From assembly GCA_038064895.1 (NCBI GenBank), contig JBBTSA010000010.1:31725-95724 (forward strand): a DNA stretch of 64,000 nt, in the 5' to 3' direction. This document shows positions 45,225-55,285 of the stretch, piece after piece (position 1 is the stretch's first letter; each line of letters opens with the position of its first letter). The notes under the pieces are model-generated. The model was not told the origin of the DNA. It did not search any database and was given only the letters and a program-made list of their open reading frames with translations. Made by a program: the position numbers and the translations under genes. Source of the stretch: Patescibacteria group bacterium (GTDB lineage Bacteria; Patescibacteriota; Microgenomatia; Daviesbacterales; UBA10151).

Positions 45225-46417
45225 TTTTTAGCAATCCTTTTAACTACCTCATCTAATCTGACTGCTCTTGCGCCTTTAACCAAACAAACATCACCCTTTC
45301 CCAAAACCTTAAGTAATTTTGAAACCATTTGAGAATTCTGTAAATTTGTCTCCACTCGCTCCATAAGAAATCCCAGACTTTTAAGTTCATCTGCTATAAA
45401 GTTTGCATCCCCTATCCCTAAAAATACCATATCTATTTTTTCTTTGTATATTTTCCTCGCAATTTCTCTATGTAACTTTTGGGAATATTTACCCAGTTCC
45501 CTCATTTCTCCCAAAACTACAACTCGACGTCTTGCGGGAACTTGCAGCAAAGTTTCTAATGCTTCCTCTAGCGCTGAAGGGGAGCAGTTATAAGTATCAT
45601 CCAAAATAACAGAACCCAAAGGACCTTGTACAATCTGCATCCTGTACTCAAAGGGTTCAATAGATTCCAATGCCAGCTTGATTTTAGTAAGTGGAATATC
45701 GCATAAGATTCCCAGGGCTGCTGCTGCAAGTGCTGAATAAACCTGGTGCTTGCCTAAAAGTTTGTAATTTACCTTTACTCTTTCAACTCCCAAATTTAAC
45801 TCAAAATTAGTTTTAAAATCCTCTATTTTAATGTTTCCTGCCCAAACGGTGCAGTTTTGCGAATCTGTTCCAAAATACATTACATCCGCTTTGCAGTTTT
45901 GGGATAATTTCCTGCTTTCCAAATCGTCCCAATTCAATATGGCTACTCCATCTTCAGGTAGCTTCTCTAAAAGCTTCCCTTTTTCCAAAGCAATGTCTGA
46001 AATATCTCCCAAATACTCGCTATGTGCATAGGAAATTTTGGTTATAATAACGGTTTTAGGTCTTATCAGGGATAGATAAAAATCCATCTCTCCTTTGTAC
46101 TCTATCCCCATCTCCAAAATACATTTTTGAATATTTGGAGTCATTTTTAAAAGTGTTTCCGGAATATTTAAAACGGGATCCAGGTTTGGTTTAGTTGTTA
46201 ACACCTTGTATCTTCTTGAAAGTACAGAGCCGCAGGCTGCAACGGTGGTTGTTTTACCCACGGAACCTGTTACTCCGATAAATTTCCCTCTATCATACAA
46301 TTTGGCATACTGCTTTGACAAAAAAATCCTTAAAAGGTGCAGTGGTTTTTTAAAGATAGGAATTTTGGTTTTATAAGGTGTTACCTGGTCCCAAATAGGA
46401 TGAGAAACAATATCCAT
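45221..46417 (-). CDS. murF: Mur ligase, MurF-like (D-Ala-D-Ala adding enzyme). A short form lacking the N-terminal domain.
   Basis: GVTGSVGKTTT P-loop, LLGKHQVYSALAAAALG, ILDDTYNCSPSA (compare MurF DDSYNANP). 398 aa. Confidence 0.7.
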   Translation of the reverse strand: MDIVSHPIWDQVTPYKTKIPIFKKPLHLLRIFLSKQYAKLYDRGKFIGVTGSVGKTTTVAACGSVLSRRYKVLTTKPNLDPVLNIPETLLKMTPNIQKCILEMGIEYKGEMDFYLSLIRPKTVIITKISYAHSEYLGDISDIALEKGKLLEKLPEDGVAILNWDDLESRKLSQNCKADVMYFGTDSQNCTVWAGNIKIEDFKTNFELNLGVERVKVNYKLLGKHQVYSALAAAALGILCDIPLTKIKLALESIEPFEYRMQIVQGPLGSVILDDTYNCSPSALEEALETLLQVPARRRVVVLGEMRELGKYSQKLHREIARKIYKEKIDMVFLGIGDANFIADELKSLGFLMERVETNLQNSQMVSKLLKVLGKGDVCLVKGARAVRLDEVVKRIAKK

Positions 46418-46419
46418 AT

Positions 46420-47682
46420 TCAGCTGCCCCTTTCAATATCTGCCCCAAGCTCTTTCAGCTTCGAAACCACACTTTCATACCCCCTCTCAATCAGTTCTGC
46501 TTGATTGATTACACTTTGTCCTTTTGCAGAAAGGGCTGCTAAAACCAAAGCCATTCCCGCTCTTATATCGGGAGTTGATAATCTTCTACCTTTAAATCTT
46601 GCAGGTCCCCAGACAAATACTCGGTGCGGATCTGCAAGAGTAATTCTAGCACCCATAGCAATCAGCTTGTCAATAAAAAACATCCTTGATTCATACATCC
46701 AGTCATGGCAAAGAGTGATCCCTTTAGATTGAGTTGCCAAAACTATTACAACACTCATCAAATCTGTGGGAAATCCCGGCCAAATATTTGTTGTAAGTTT
46801 GGGTATTGACTTAAGCCTTTTGGCGTATGCACTCAGGCTACCTCTAGCAACATCCACACTTATTCCGAATCTTTCCAGCTGTTTCAGGATTGGGCTTAAA
46901 TCAGTACCATCCAAACCTTTTATGGTAATTTTTCCGCCTGTTATCGCTGCAGCCACAATATATGTACCTACCTCCACATAATCAATACCTATTTTAAAAT
47001 GTGTCCCCTTTAATTTATCTACTCCTTGAATTGTTAGTGTATCGGTTCCAATACCGGTAATTCGACCTCCCATTTTTGAAAGCATGTTGCAAAGATCTAA
47101 AACATGAGGTTCTTTGGGACAATTTTTAATCGTTATTTTTCTTTTTCCCAAAACGGATGCCAAAATTATATTTTCCGTAGCACTGACTGATGCTTCGGGC
47201 AAGAATATAGTACAGTCCCTTTTTTCCTCGTGAGCATTTTTATAATGCAGATAGAATTTTAAATCCTTTTTTTTTAAATCCGCACCCAGTATTTTAAAAG
47301 CCTCAAGGTGAGTCTCTATACTTCTTTGACCTATCACATCTCCGCCAGGATGATAAAAATGTATTCTTCCCACTCTTCCTAAAATTGCCCCTACCAAAAC
47401 AATTGAACCTCTAAGTTTACCCATAAGCTCTTTTGGAAGGCTGACATGCTTAATGTGAGATGCCTTAATTTTTAATCTTTGGCCGGATCTTTCAGCGCTA
47501 ACACCCAAGTTTTTTAAAATTTGAATTAAACTTTGGGTATCTCCTATATCGGGCATATTTTCCAAAACTACTTCTGCATTTGTTAATAGGGCTGCACCTA
47601 CACAAGGAAAAATTGAGTTTTTATTTCCTGAAACTCGAATTTTACCACTTAATTTGTTTCCTCCTCTTATTACGTATTTCAT
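46420..47682 (-). CDS. murA: UDP-N-acetylglucosamine 1-carboxyvinyltransferase MurA
   Basis: MKYVIRGGNKLSGKIRVSGNKNSIFPCVGAALLT... with the EPSP-synthase fold. The catalytic-loop Cys region is present. Confidence 0.9.
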   Translation of the reverse strand: MKYVIRGGNKLSGKIRVSGNKNSIFPCVGAALLTNAEVVLENMPDIGDTQSLIQILKNLGVSAERSGQRLKIKASHIKHVSLPKELMGKLRGSIVLVGAILGRVGRIHFYHPGGDVIGQRSIETHLEAFKILGADLKKKDLKFYLHYKNAHEEKRDCTIFLPEASVSATENIILASVLGKRKITIKNCPKEPHVLDLCNMLSKMGGRITGIGTDTLTIQGVDKLKGTHFKIGIDYVEVGTYIVAAAITGGKITIKGLDGTDLSPILKQLERFGISVDVARGSLSAYAKRLKSIPKLTTNIWPGFPTDLMSVVIVLATQSKGITLCHDWMYESRMFFIDKLIAMGARITLADPHRVFVWGPARFKGRRLSTPDIRAGMALVLAALSAKGQSVINQAELIERGYESVVSKLKELGADIERGS

Positions 47683-47690
47683 AAAGTTTC

Positions 47691-48272
47691 CTATTTGGCA
47701 CTAAATTGAAAAACCACAGAAAGTACTATATGTTTTTTAAAGCTTATCTGCCTGGCTTCAATCTCCTCTACTTCGCACTCCAAGTTTAATACTTTAATAC
47801 TTTTTGCCTTACTTTGCAAAACTTGTGAGATAAAAATATTCCCTCCGATACTGCCGGGTATACCCGAAACTTCAACTTTTGATAACCCTTGAGAATCTAA
47901 ATACTCCAAAAGTTTGGTAATGCTTACCCCCGAATCTACCTCTATCAGTGCTTCCTCAATACCTATACCTATTTTTGATGCTTTACCTTTTATAGAAATA
48001 GTACTGATATTTTTTGTACGATTTTTTATGACTAATCCGTCAAAACCGTCATCCGAAATCATCATTTTGCTCCCCGTACCAAAAATAAAAAGGGGTACGT
48101 TAAGCTGCCTGCACATCGTAATTATTTTGATAAGTTCGAAAGTAGTAAAAGCTATAAAAAATAATTTGGCCGGGCCACCTACATTGAGAGCTGTATAATC
48201 CCTTATGTGCTCACCAAATTTAAATCTATCCTTACCGAAAGAGTCAACAATTAATTTAAATTTAGAATCCAT
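47691..48272 (-). CDS. murB: MurB-like protein truncated to the FAD-binding domain (193 aa, versus about 300 aa for canonical MurB)
   Basis: TALNVGGPAKLF...IFGTGSKMMISDDGFDGLVIK and GLSKVEVSGIPGSIGGNIF align to B. subtilis MurB residues about 25-150. No C-terminal substrate or catalytic domain is present, and the gene overlaps murE by 11 nt. Confidence 0.5.
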   Translation of the reverse strand: MDSKFKLIVDSFGKDRFKFGEHIRDYTALNVGGPAKLFFIAFTTFELIKIITMCRQLNVPLFIFGTGSKMMISDDGFDGLVIKNRTKNISTISIKGKASKIGIGIEEALIEVDSGVSITKLLEYLDSQGLSKVEVSGIPGSIGGNIFISQVLQSKAKSIKVLNLECEVEEIEARQISFKKHIVLSVVFQFSAK

Positions 48273-49470
48273 TCAGAGCGTCCTTTACAGCTTTTTTATC
48301 TGACCAGGGAATTTCCTTTTTCCCATCCATATTCATGGAAATTTCATGTCCTTTTCCAAAAATTCCCACAATATCCCTTTTTCGAGCAATTTTATTTATG
48401 GCAAAATCTATAGCTTTTTGTCTATCTTCTATAACAAAAAAATTGACATTTATTTTTGCACCAGCCTTTTTTGCGCCCTCTTTTATCTTTTTATTTATGC
48501 TATCCATTTGACCGCGCGGATCAACAGCTGTGACAATAACCACGTCAGACAACCTCTGGGCAATCTCCCCCATCATTGCTCTTTTTCCCACATCCCTATC
48601 TCCTTCACAGCCAATCAGAGAAATTATCCTCCCTCCTCCAGCAGGGGAGTGTAAAAACCTAAGTGCACTTTCAAGTCCATTTGGAGTATGAGCAAAATCA
48701 ATAAAAATTTTAATTCCTCTATCATTTTCCATTTCTTCCATCCTTCCTGGTAAGTTGTTAAAGTTTTCCAAAACACTGCGCGCTACCTCTTTTGGAATAT
48801 CTAAAATAAATGCCACGGCAAATGATGCAAGTGCATTCTCAATATTATACTGACCAAAAATTTTAAGTTTCAATTTAATTTCTTTTTGATTAAAATCCCC
48901 TTTATCTAAACCAAACGTAATCAATTTGTTGAACGATCGTCCAATCAATTGTGGTTTTAAGTTTTCATTGATTATGGAGAATTTAGTATTCTTTATAAGT
49001 TTTAATTTTGTATTTAAATAGTTTTCGAAGGTTTTATGATAATCTAGATGTTCATGGGTAACATTAGTTATCACACCTACTTCGCATTTAATACCAAAGA
49101 ATCTAAACTGATCTAAAGCATGAGAGGTTACTTCTAAAACCATGTACTCATCCCCCTTATCTAGCGCTTCTTTGGCAAATCTTTGTACCATAAAAGGATC
49201 CGGAGAAGTTACATGGAATCCGGTATCATAAGATTTTCCACCAACAAAGGCATTTATAGTTGAAACCATAGATACTTTCTTGCCGGCAGACTTTAAAATC
49301 TGGTAAATCATATTAACAGTTGTTGTTTTCCCATCAGTTCCTGTTACTCCAATAACTTTTAATCCCCTGGCAGGAAAGCCGTAATATATATTTGCCAAAA
49401 TTCCCTTTGGCAAGTGCCAGAAATTATTAATAAGCCATTGGGGTAAAAAAGAGCGGATTAGGTTTTTCAT
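48262..49470 (-). CDS. murE: Mur ligase, MurE-like (short form)
   Basis: GVTGTDGKTTT, IDFAHTPNGLESAL, GCEGDRDVGKR, GKGHE, VDPRG. Confidence 0.7.
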   Translation of the reverse strand: MKNLIRSFLPQWLINNFWHLPKGILANIYYGFPARGLKVIGVTGTDGKTTTVNMIYQILKSAGKKVSMVSTINAFVGGKSYDTGFHVTSPDPFMVQRFAKEALDKGDEYMVLEVTSHALDQFRFFGIKCEVGVITNVTHEHLDYHKTFENYLNTKLKLIKNTKFSIINENLKPQLIGRSFNKLITFGLDKGDFNQKEIKLKLKIFGQYNIENALASFAVAFILDIPKEVARSVLENFNNLPGRMEEMENDRGIKIFIDFAHTPNGLESALRFLHSPAGGGRIISLIGCEGDRDVGKRAMMGEIAQRLSDVVIVTAVDPRGQMDSINKKIKEGAKKAGAKINVNFFVIEDRQKAIDFAINKIARKRDIVGIFGKGHEISMNMDGKKEIPWSDKKAVKDALNGF

Positions 49471-49492
49471 TGAAGCTAATTATATATCAAAT

Positions 49493-51193
49493 CTACATCG
49501 GAGCAATTTTGTAGTAGTTAAAAAGTTGCTTTGCTATTTCAAAAAATGTTGGAGCTGCAGTCTCCGAACCATAGATCGAGCTTGACGGTTGATCATATCG
49601 CACTAAAATTACAAACTTAGGATCATCTGCCGGTGCAAATCCTACAAATGAAGCGATGGTTTTATTCGGATCGTAATGACCGGCCACAGGAATTTGGGCA
49701 GTGCCGGTTTTTCCCGCAATCTTAAATCCTTTTGGTTTTGCCCATTTGGCCTCACCCTCACTCACTGCTGTCACCATCATTTCTGTAATAATCTTGGAGG
49801 TGGACTCCTTTATAACCTGTCTTACAACTTTTGGTTTTATCTCAAAAGTTCCCTTATCATCTTTGATCAATCTAACAACATGCGGTTCTAAAAGATACCC
49901 TCCATTGGCAATTGCGGAAACTGCCACAACCATCTGAATTGGAGTCATAGCAATCCCTTGCCCAAAAGATGAAGTAGCAAGATCTATTTCACTCCAATTA
50001 TCCCTCGGACGAAGAGAGGGTGCTGATTCATCCTGCAAATCAATATTCGCAGTCTCACCTAAACCAAAGTTTCGGAGATATTCATAAAACTTATCCGGCC
50101 CTAGTTTAAGACCTGTAAATACCATTCCGGTATTATCAGAATGAATGATTATATCTTTTATAGTAGTGTCCGGATAATATTTATTATTCCAGGTTCTTAT
50201 TGAAAAACCTCCAAGCTGCAGTGGTCCTCCGCAGATATCACATCTTGTGTCTGGTTTCACAACATCCTCATTTATAGCAGCAGACATAACAAGGACTTTA
50301 AATGTTGATCCGGGCTCATATTGATCAGCTACAATCGGGTTTTTGTAATATTCCTTAGGGAAATTAGAATACTTTAAGGGATCATAGTTTGGGAAGGCTG
50401 CCAACGCCAAAATTCCTCCAGTCTTTGGATCCATTACAATGCTGGATGCGGCCTTTGCCCCATATTTTTCAATCCCCCGCCTTAAAGCTTGCTCTACAAT
50501 AAATTGTACACTGCGATCCAAATTTAGAGTCAAATCCTTACCGTTTTTGGCCCCTTGAGTTTGGAATCTCCCAATCAAGATAGGAACGCCTATTGCATCC
50601 CTTTCCAGCTTCAACTCCCCTGACACACCTTTAAGCTCGCCCTCATAGAATCCTTCTAAACCGAAATAGCCTACATCTTCCCCTTTTGCATCCGACCCGA
50701 CAAATCCTAAAAGATGAGCACTGGAGGATCCTTCCGGATAAAATCTTTTACTTGTTTGTTCGAATCCAATACCTGAAAGATTCAGTTTATCAATTTTGCT
50801 CTTAGTCTCCAAACTTACGCTTTTTTCAAGTAAAACCCAGTGCAAAGGCTGCGATAGTTTGGTTAAAATATCCTTGGCTAAACTATCTACCTCACTTTCC
50901 TTCTCCTCCGTCAGTACCTTTGCTATAGTATAAGAAAGGTCAAGCTTTGAACTTAAGGGTATTGCTTTTGGTAATCCATACATTCTAAAGGTTGGATTTG
51001 AAGAAGCTAAAAGATATCCATCAGAATAAAAGATATTACCTCGTAATGCACCTACCTTAGCCTCTAAAAGATATTGCCCTTCGGCTTGAGCCGCAAGATA
51101 CTCACCTCGCAGAATCTGCCAATAAAAAAGACGCGATATGATTGCGAAAAATAATATAAGAAATAAAATTTTTATAAAATATATCCGTGTCAC
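49493..51193 (-). CDS. ftsI: Class B penicillin-binding protein / transpeptidase FtsI
   Basis: SxxK (GSTFK), SxN (SDN) and KTG (KTGTAQ) motifs. N-terminal TM anchor. Position in the dcw cluster. Confidence 0.85.
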   Translation of the reverse strand: MTRIYFIKILFLILFFAIISRLFYWQILRGEYLAAQAEGQYLLEAKVGALRGNIFYSDGYLLASSNPTFRMYGLPKAIPLSSKLDLSYTIAKVLTEEKESEVDSLAKDILTKLSQPLHWVLLEKSVSLETKSKIDKLNLSGIGFEQTSKRFYPEGSSSAHLLGFVGSDAKGEDVGYFGLEGFYEGELKGVSGELKLERDAIGVPILIGRFQTQGAKNGKDLTLNLDRSVQFIVEQALRRGIEKYGAKAASSIVMDPKTGGILALAAFPNYDPLKYSNFPKEYYKNPIVADQYEPGSTFKVLVMSAAINEDVVKPDTRCDICGGPLQLGGFSIRTWNNKYYPDTTIKDIIIHSDNTGMVFTGLKLGPDKFYEYLRNFGLGETANIDLQDESAPSLRPRDNWSEIDLATSSFGQGIAMTPIQMVVAVSAIANGGYLLEPHVVRLIKDDKGTFEIKPKVVRQVIKESTSKIITEMMVTAVSEGEAKWAKPKGFKIAGKTGTAQIPVAGHYDPNKTIASFVGFAPADDPKFVILVRYDQPSSSIYGSETAAPTFFEIAKQLFNYYKIAPM

Positions 51194-51489
51194 CGAATAT
51201 ATTGTATACTTTGAGGAGGGGAAAAACCAAGTTCAGCAGACTTTGAGGAAATACTAAAAAGGGATGAATGTTTAGCAATCTCACTCCTAAGCATCTGATT
51301 CTCCATTTCTAACACTTTCTCCAAAGCTGCCATTTTTTCAAATTTCGAACCATATTCAACAGTAGTATTGCTTAGCCAAATTTCTATCAAAACCAAAATT
51401 AACAAAAATAAACTCACGACCCCTACCAAGAATCTGGGGAATTTTGGCTTTACTCCATTTTTTGTGTCAAATTTCTTAACTATTGTCAT
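51190..51489 (-). CDS. ftsL: FtsL-like small bitopic division protein
   Basis: 99 aa with a TM helix and coiled-coil (EKMAALEKVLEMENQMLRSEIAKH). It lies between rsmH and ftsI. Confidence 0.5.
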   Translation of the reverse strand: MTIVKKFDTKNGVKPKFPRFLVGVVSLFLLILVLIEIWLSNTTVEYGSKFEKMAALEKVLEMENQMLRSEIAKHSSLFSISSKSAELGFSPPQSIQYIR

Positions 51490-52385
51490 AATATTTCAAA
51501 AACTCTCATCTTGGCTGATCGGGATCTCGGATTATCGCTAACTTCTTCTAAACCGGGCCTGATTGGCTTTTTGGTTAAAACCCTGCCCAATCCTTCAGCC
51601 TCCCATGCCTTAAAAGTATTCTTAACGATCCTATCCTCAAGTGAGTTAAAGCTAATAAGTACAATGTGACCATAATTTTCTATTAGATCGTTTACTTCCT
51701 CCAATCCTGTCTCTAAAGCGTTGAGCTCATCATTGACTGCAATCCTTAAAGCCTGAAACACTTTGGTAGCAGGATGAATCTTCCTTTTCCTGATACCATG
51801 TTTTCTGTACACTTTCTCTACCAGTCCTGCCAAATCTCTGGTGCTCAAACCTACTTTACGGGCGAGCACCAAAGCGTCAGCCACGGCACGAGAATATTTT
51901 TCTTCACCCAAACCATCAAAAAGTTCATCTAACTCCTTTCTTCCGCCGACATTTATAAGATCCAAAGCACAAACTTCTAGCGCAGGATCCATCCTCATAT
52001 CCAAAGGTCCCTCCTTTACAAAAGAAAAACCCCTTTCAGGGCTTTCAAGTTGCAAACTGGAAACCCCAAGATCAAAAATTGCGCCTGCAAAGCCTGATCT
52101 TTGAATGTCCGTCTTCTGCTTAAGTAAATTTTTAATGTCCCTGAAATTACCCTGTACTAAAATAAAATCTTCCTGTTGTCTGTAGCCTGCTGCCTGTAAC
52201 CTCTTCTCAGCTCTTTCCAAAGCCTCTGGATCAACATCTATGCCTACTACCTTTCCACCCAATCTTAATATTTCTAAAGAGTGTCCCCCATCGCCTAGTG
52301 TACAATCCAAATACCACTTTCCACTCCTTATCCCCAAACCATCCATTACCTCCCGCAGAAGAACGGGACTATGATATCCTTCCAT
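51486..52385 (-). CDS. rsmH: 16S rRNA (cytosine1402-N4)-methyltransferase RsmH (MraW)
   Basis: HSPVLLREVMDGLGIRSGKWYLDCTLGDGGHS is the canonical RsmH N-terminus. Confidence 0.9.
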   Translation of the reverse strand: MEGYHSPVLLREVMDGLGIRSGKWYLDCTLGDGGHSLEILRLGGKVVGIDVDPEALERAEKRLQAAGYRQQEDFILVQGNFRDIKNLLKQKTDIQRSGFAGAIFDLGVSSLQLESPERGFSFVKEGPLDMRMDPALEVCALDLINVGGRKELDELFDGLGEEKYSRAVADALVLARKVGLSTRDLAGLVEKVYRKHGIRKRKIHPATKVFQALRIAVNDELNALETGLEEVNDLIENYGHIVLISFNSLEDRIVKNTFKAWEAEGLGRVLTKKPIRPGLEEVSDNPRSRSAKMRVFEIL

Positions 52386-52788
52386 AATCTCTTAAAATCT
52401 CCTTTAAATGCTTTTTCCAAATCCTTTTTGCCCAAATCTCAAAGTGGTCACCCGCACCTATTATTACAACTTCATTTACTAATTTAGCGTACGTCAGTAG
52501 GGCCGACGGAATTACAATCCTACCTTGACTATCAAACTCTACTGGCCCGCTTCCAGAAAACATGTATCTCCTTAAGATTCTAGCCCGTTCTTCTGTTGCC
52601 GAAATTTCAAGCTGCTTTTCCGCTTCCTTTTTCCAATCTCTTATATCAAATCCAAAAATACATCCTTCGAATCCACGGCTTAATATTATTTGAATACCTT
52701 TAATCTCTTGCCTAATCTTCCGGGGTAGAATTACTCTACCTTTGCCTGAAAACCTTGTTGTATATTCCCCCAAAAACATAGAGGACAT
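52369..52788 (-). CDS. mraZ: Transcriptional regulator MraZ
   Basis: MFLGEYTTRFSGKGRVILP...GRIVIPSAL carries the duplicated MraZ/SpoVT-AbrB motifs. It is the first gene of the dcw cluster. Confidence 0.85.
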   Translation of the reverse strand: MSSMFLGEYTTRFSGKGRVILPRKIRQEIKGIQIILSRGFEGCIFGFDIRDWKKEAEKQLEISATEERARILRRYMFSGSGPVEFDSQGRIVIPSALLTYAKLVNEVVIIGAGDHFEIWAKRIWKKHLKEILRDYGRIS

Positions 52789-53078
52789 CCTCTCTCTCTG
52801 GGCAGAATATTCATCCCGATTTAATCGGGATCACCTTAATTCACCATCTATAACCATTTTCCACCATCTTCATCTACATTGTCAAGGGGTATTTTAAATA
52901 GGAGCGAAGCCACAAGTAAACAAAAAAAGTTGAGGATTTTGTGCAGATATATCTAAATGTCTGTGAAGTTACTAAACCACAAAATTCTCACTAGTGAGCA
53001 AGTCTCTACCGTGCGAACGATTTTTTGTACTGTGGCGAGCGACTAATGTGACCAAGTGGTGCTTTTTGCCATGACGAG

Positions 53079-53960
53079 CTACTTTACCACTAGTACTGCA
53101 AAGATTCCAGCTCCATTTGCTTTTGCTGATAATTTAGATCCATCTACCTTTGTATCCAACTCCTCCCATTTACCTCCACCATACTTAAAAAGATTTGTAC
53201 CCTTCGGAGGATTTTCTGCAAGTTCCAAAGTTACATCCCCGGAAGGTAACTCCTTTGCAACTGGAATATTTAATGAGTAGACTTTCCCTAAAACCTCTCT
53301 TTCGGAAGGTAATTTCGGTACACCTGTCAGATCATTAATAATTGAAAAACCTATATTTGATAAAGCTGCTCTGTCTACACTGAATTTATACATAAGGTGT
53401 CCATCACCTGAAGATAAATTACCCAAAGCCACATCAGGTTTTTGTAAATGCCACTGGGTAATCATTCTATATGCTTTGTTCCCTTTTTTTATATGTAAAG
53501 TCAGCGTCCCATTCTCCACCCCTTTATCATATTTACAGACATTTTTGGAACATGTCCCAAACAAAATTTCCTGTTCATACTCACCCTTTTTATCCTTGGT
53601 ATCTATATTACCTGTAACCCCCCTGTCTATTGTCCCTAATCCCTCTCCCTCATCTTCCTTAATCTTACCTCCTTCTACGGAAACCTCTTCATTTTTAGAA
53701 GTGTAGGCTAATTCATAAGTGATGCTATCATACGAGGCTGTTCTTTTAAGATTTAAAATTAAGGCATTCCCGTCACGCCTTGGGTAAGCTAAAGCATATG
53801 GTCCTTCTGCATCAAATGCTAAATCAATTTCCTCAACTTCAGAAGGTTTAGAAATAAAGTTTTGAATCCCCAACCACCCCAACACCCCTAATAATCCTAA
53901 AATACCTATTAAAATGACAGTCACTCTGTGGACTGCCAAAAATTGTTTCAATCTTTCCAC
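53079..53960 (-). CDS. Hypothetical membrane-anchored extracytoplasmic protein
   Basis: N-terminal TM helix (VTVILIGILGLLGVLGWLGI) followed by a beta-rich domain. No recognisable motif. Confidence 0.45.
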   Translation of the reverse strand: MERLKQFLAVHRVTVILIGILGLLGVLGWLGIQNFISKPSEVEEIDLAFDAEGPYALAYPRRDGNALILNLKRTASYDSITYELAYTSKNEEVSVEGGKIKEDEGEGLGTIDRGVTGNIDTKDKKGEYEQEILFGTCSKNVCKYDKGVENGTLTLHIKKGNKAYRMITQWHLQKPDVALGNLSSGDGHLMYKFSVDRAALSNIGFSIINDLTGVPKLPSEREVLGKVYSLNIPVAKELPSGDVTLELAENPPKGTNLFKYGGGKWEELDTKVDGSKLSAKANGAGIFAVLVVK

Positions 53961-53962
53961 TA

Positions 53963-55285
53963 CTATTTAATCTTACCAGATAAATACTTGGCTAAGTCAA
54001 CTATCTTCACTCGAACTTGTTTTGTAGTATCTCTGTCTCTTACAGTCACATCTTTATCCTTAAGAGATTGGAAATCAACTGTTATACAAAAAGGTGTACC
54101 TGCTTCATCCTGGCTTGCATAACGTCCACCGATATTGCCTCGATCATCAAAGATAGCCATAAAATCCTTTTTTAAATCTTCATAAATCTCTTTTGCTTCC
54201 TTAACTAACTTAGGTTTGTTGGCAAGAAGCGGAAAAACAGCTACTTTTACAGGGGTAAGTTTTGGATGAAGTTTGAGTAAAACCCTCCCATTTTCTTCAG
54301 AGTATGCATCAATGAGAAAAAATAAAGCTGCCCTATCTACTCCTCCTGATGTTTCAATGACCCAGGGCAGAAATTCTTCACTCGAGTCTGGATCACGATA
54401 TTTCATGGTCTGACCGGAATACTCCTCATGCCTTGACAGGTCCCAATCACCTCTGTTGTGTATTCCTTCAAATTCAGACCAGCCGAAAGGAGCATGGTAT
54501 TCAATGTCGGTTGCAGCTTTGGCATAATGAGCCCTTTCATCATCCCTGTGATCTCTAAATCTTAGATTCTCTTTCTTTATTCCCAAATTTAAATACCAAT
54601 CCATCCTGACCTTTTTCCAATATTCAAACCATTTCTCCCCCTCCTGTTTTTCGGGTTTTACAAAAAATTGATTTTCCATCTGTTCAAATTCCCTAGACCT
54701 AAAAGTAAAATTCCCGGGAGTTATTTCATTTCTAAAAGCTTTTCCAATTTGTGCTATACCAAAAGGAATTTTAACTCTTGTAGAATCCAAAACATTTTTA
54801 AAATTAACATGAACTCCTTGAGTAATTTCTCCTCTAAGATAAACTTCGGATTGTCTATCTTCTAAAACTCCTAAATAGGCTTTAACTAGTAAATTAAACT
54901 TTCTCTCTTCCGTAAACTCATGTTTAAAAGTACCATCGCTGCATTTCTCTAATCCATCTTTTCCCTCTGGTCCTTCTATTTGATCTGCCCGGAACCTCTT
55001 ATGGCAAATCTTACACTCTACCAAAGGATCAGTGAAAGCCTCAACATGACCTGATGCTTCCCAAACTTTAGGGTTCATCATGATAGCAGCATCTACCCCA
55101 ACCATATCCTCACGCTTTTGTACCATTTCCTTCCACCACTCATTTTTTATATTTCTTTTAAGCTCTGTTCCCAATGGTCCATAATCCCATGTACCACCAA
55201 GCCCACCATAAATCTCAGACCCAGGATATATAAATCCCCTTCTTTTACAAAGAGCCACAATTTTGTCCATCAATTTTTTGTCCAT
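53963..55285 (-). CDS. glyQS: Glycine--tRNA ligase (dimeric class II type)
   Basis: MDKKLMDKIVALCKRRGFIYPGSEIYGGLGGTWDYGPLG is the hallmark GlyRS N-terminus. The class II motifs follow. Confidence 0.9.
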   Translation of the reverse strand: MDKKLMDKIVALCKRRGFIYPGSEIYGGLGGTWDYGPLGTELKRNIKNEWWKEMVQKREDMVGVDAAIMMNPKVWEASGHVEAFTDPLVECKICHKRFRADQIEGPEGKDGLEKCSDGTFKHEFTEERKFNLLVKAYLGVLEDRQSEVYLRGEITQGVHVNFKNVLDSTRVKIPFGIAQIGKAFRNEITPGNFTFRSREFEQMENQFFVKPEKQEGEKWFEYWKKVRMDWYLNLGIKKENLRFRDHRDDERAHYAKAATDIEYHAPFGWSEFEGIHNRGDWDLSRHEEYSGQTMKYRDPDSSEEFLPWVIETSGGVDRAALFFLIDAYSEENGRVLLKLHPKLTPVKVAVFPLLANKPKLVKEAKEIYEDLKKDFMAIFDDRGNIGGRYASQDEAGTPFCITVDFQSLKDKDVTVRDRDTTKQVRVKIVDLAKYLSGKIK

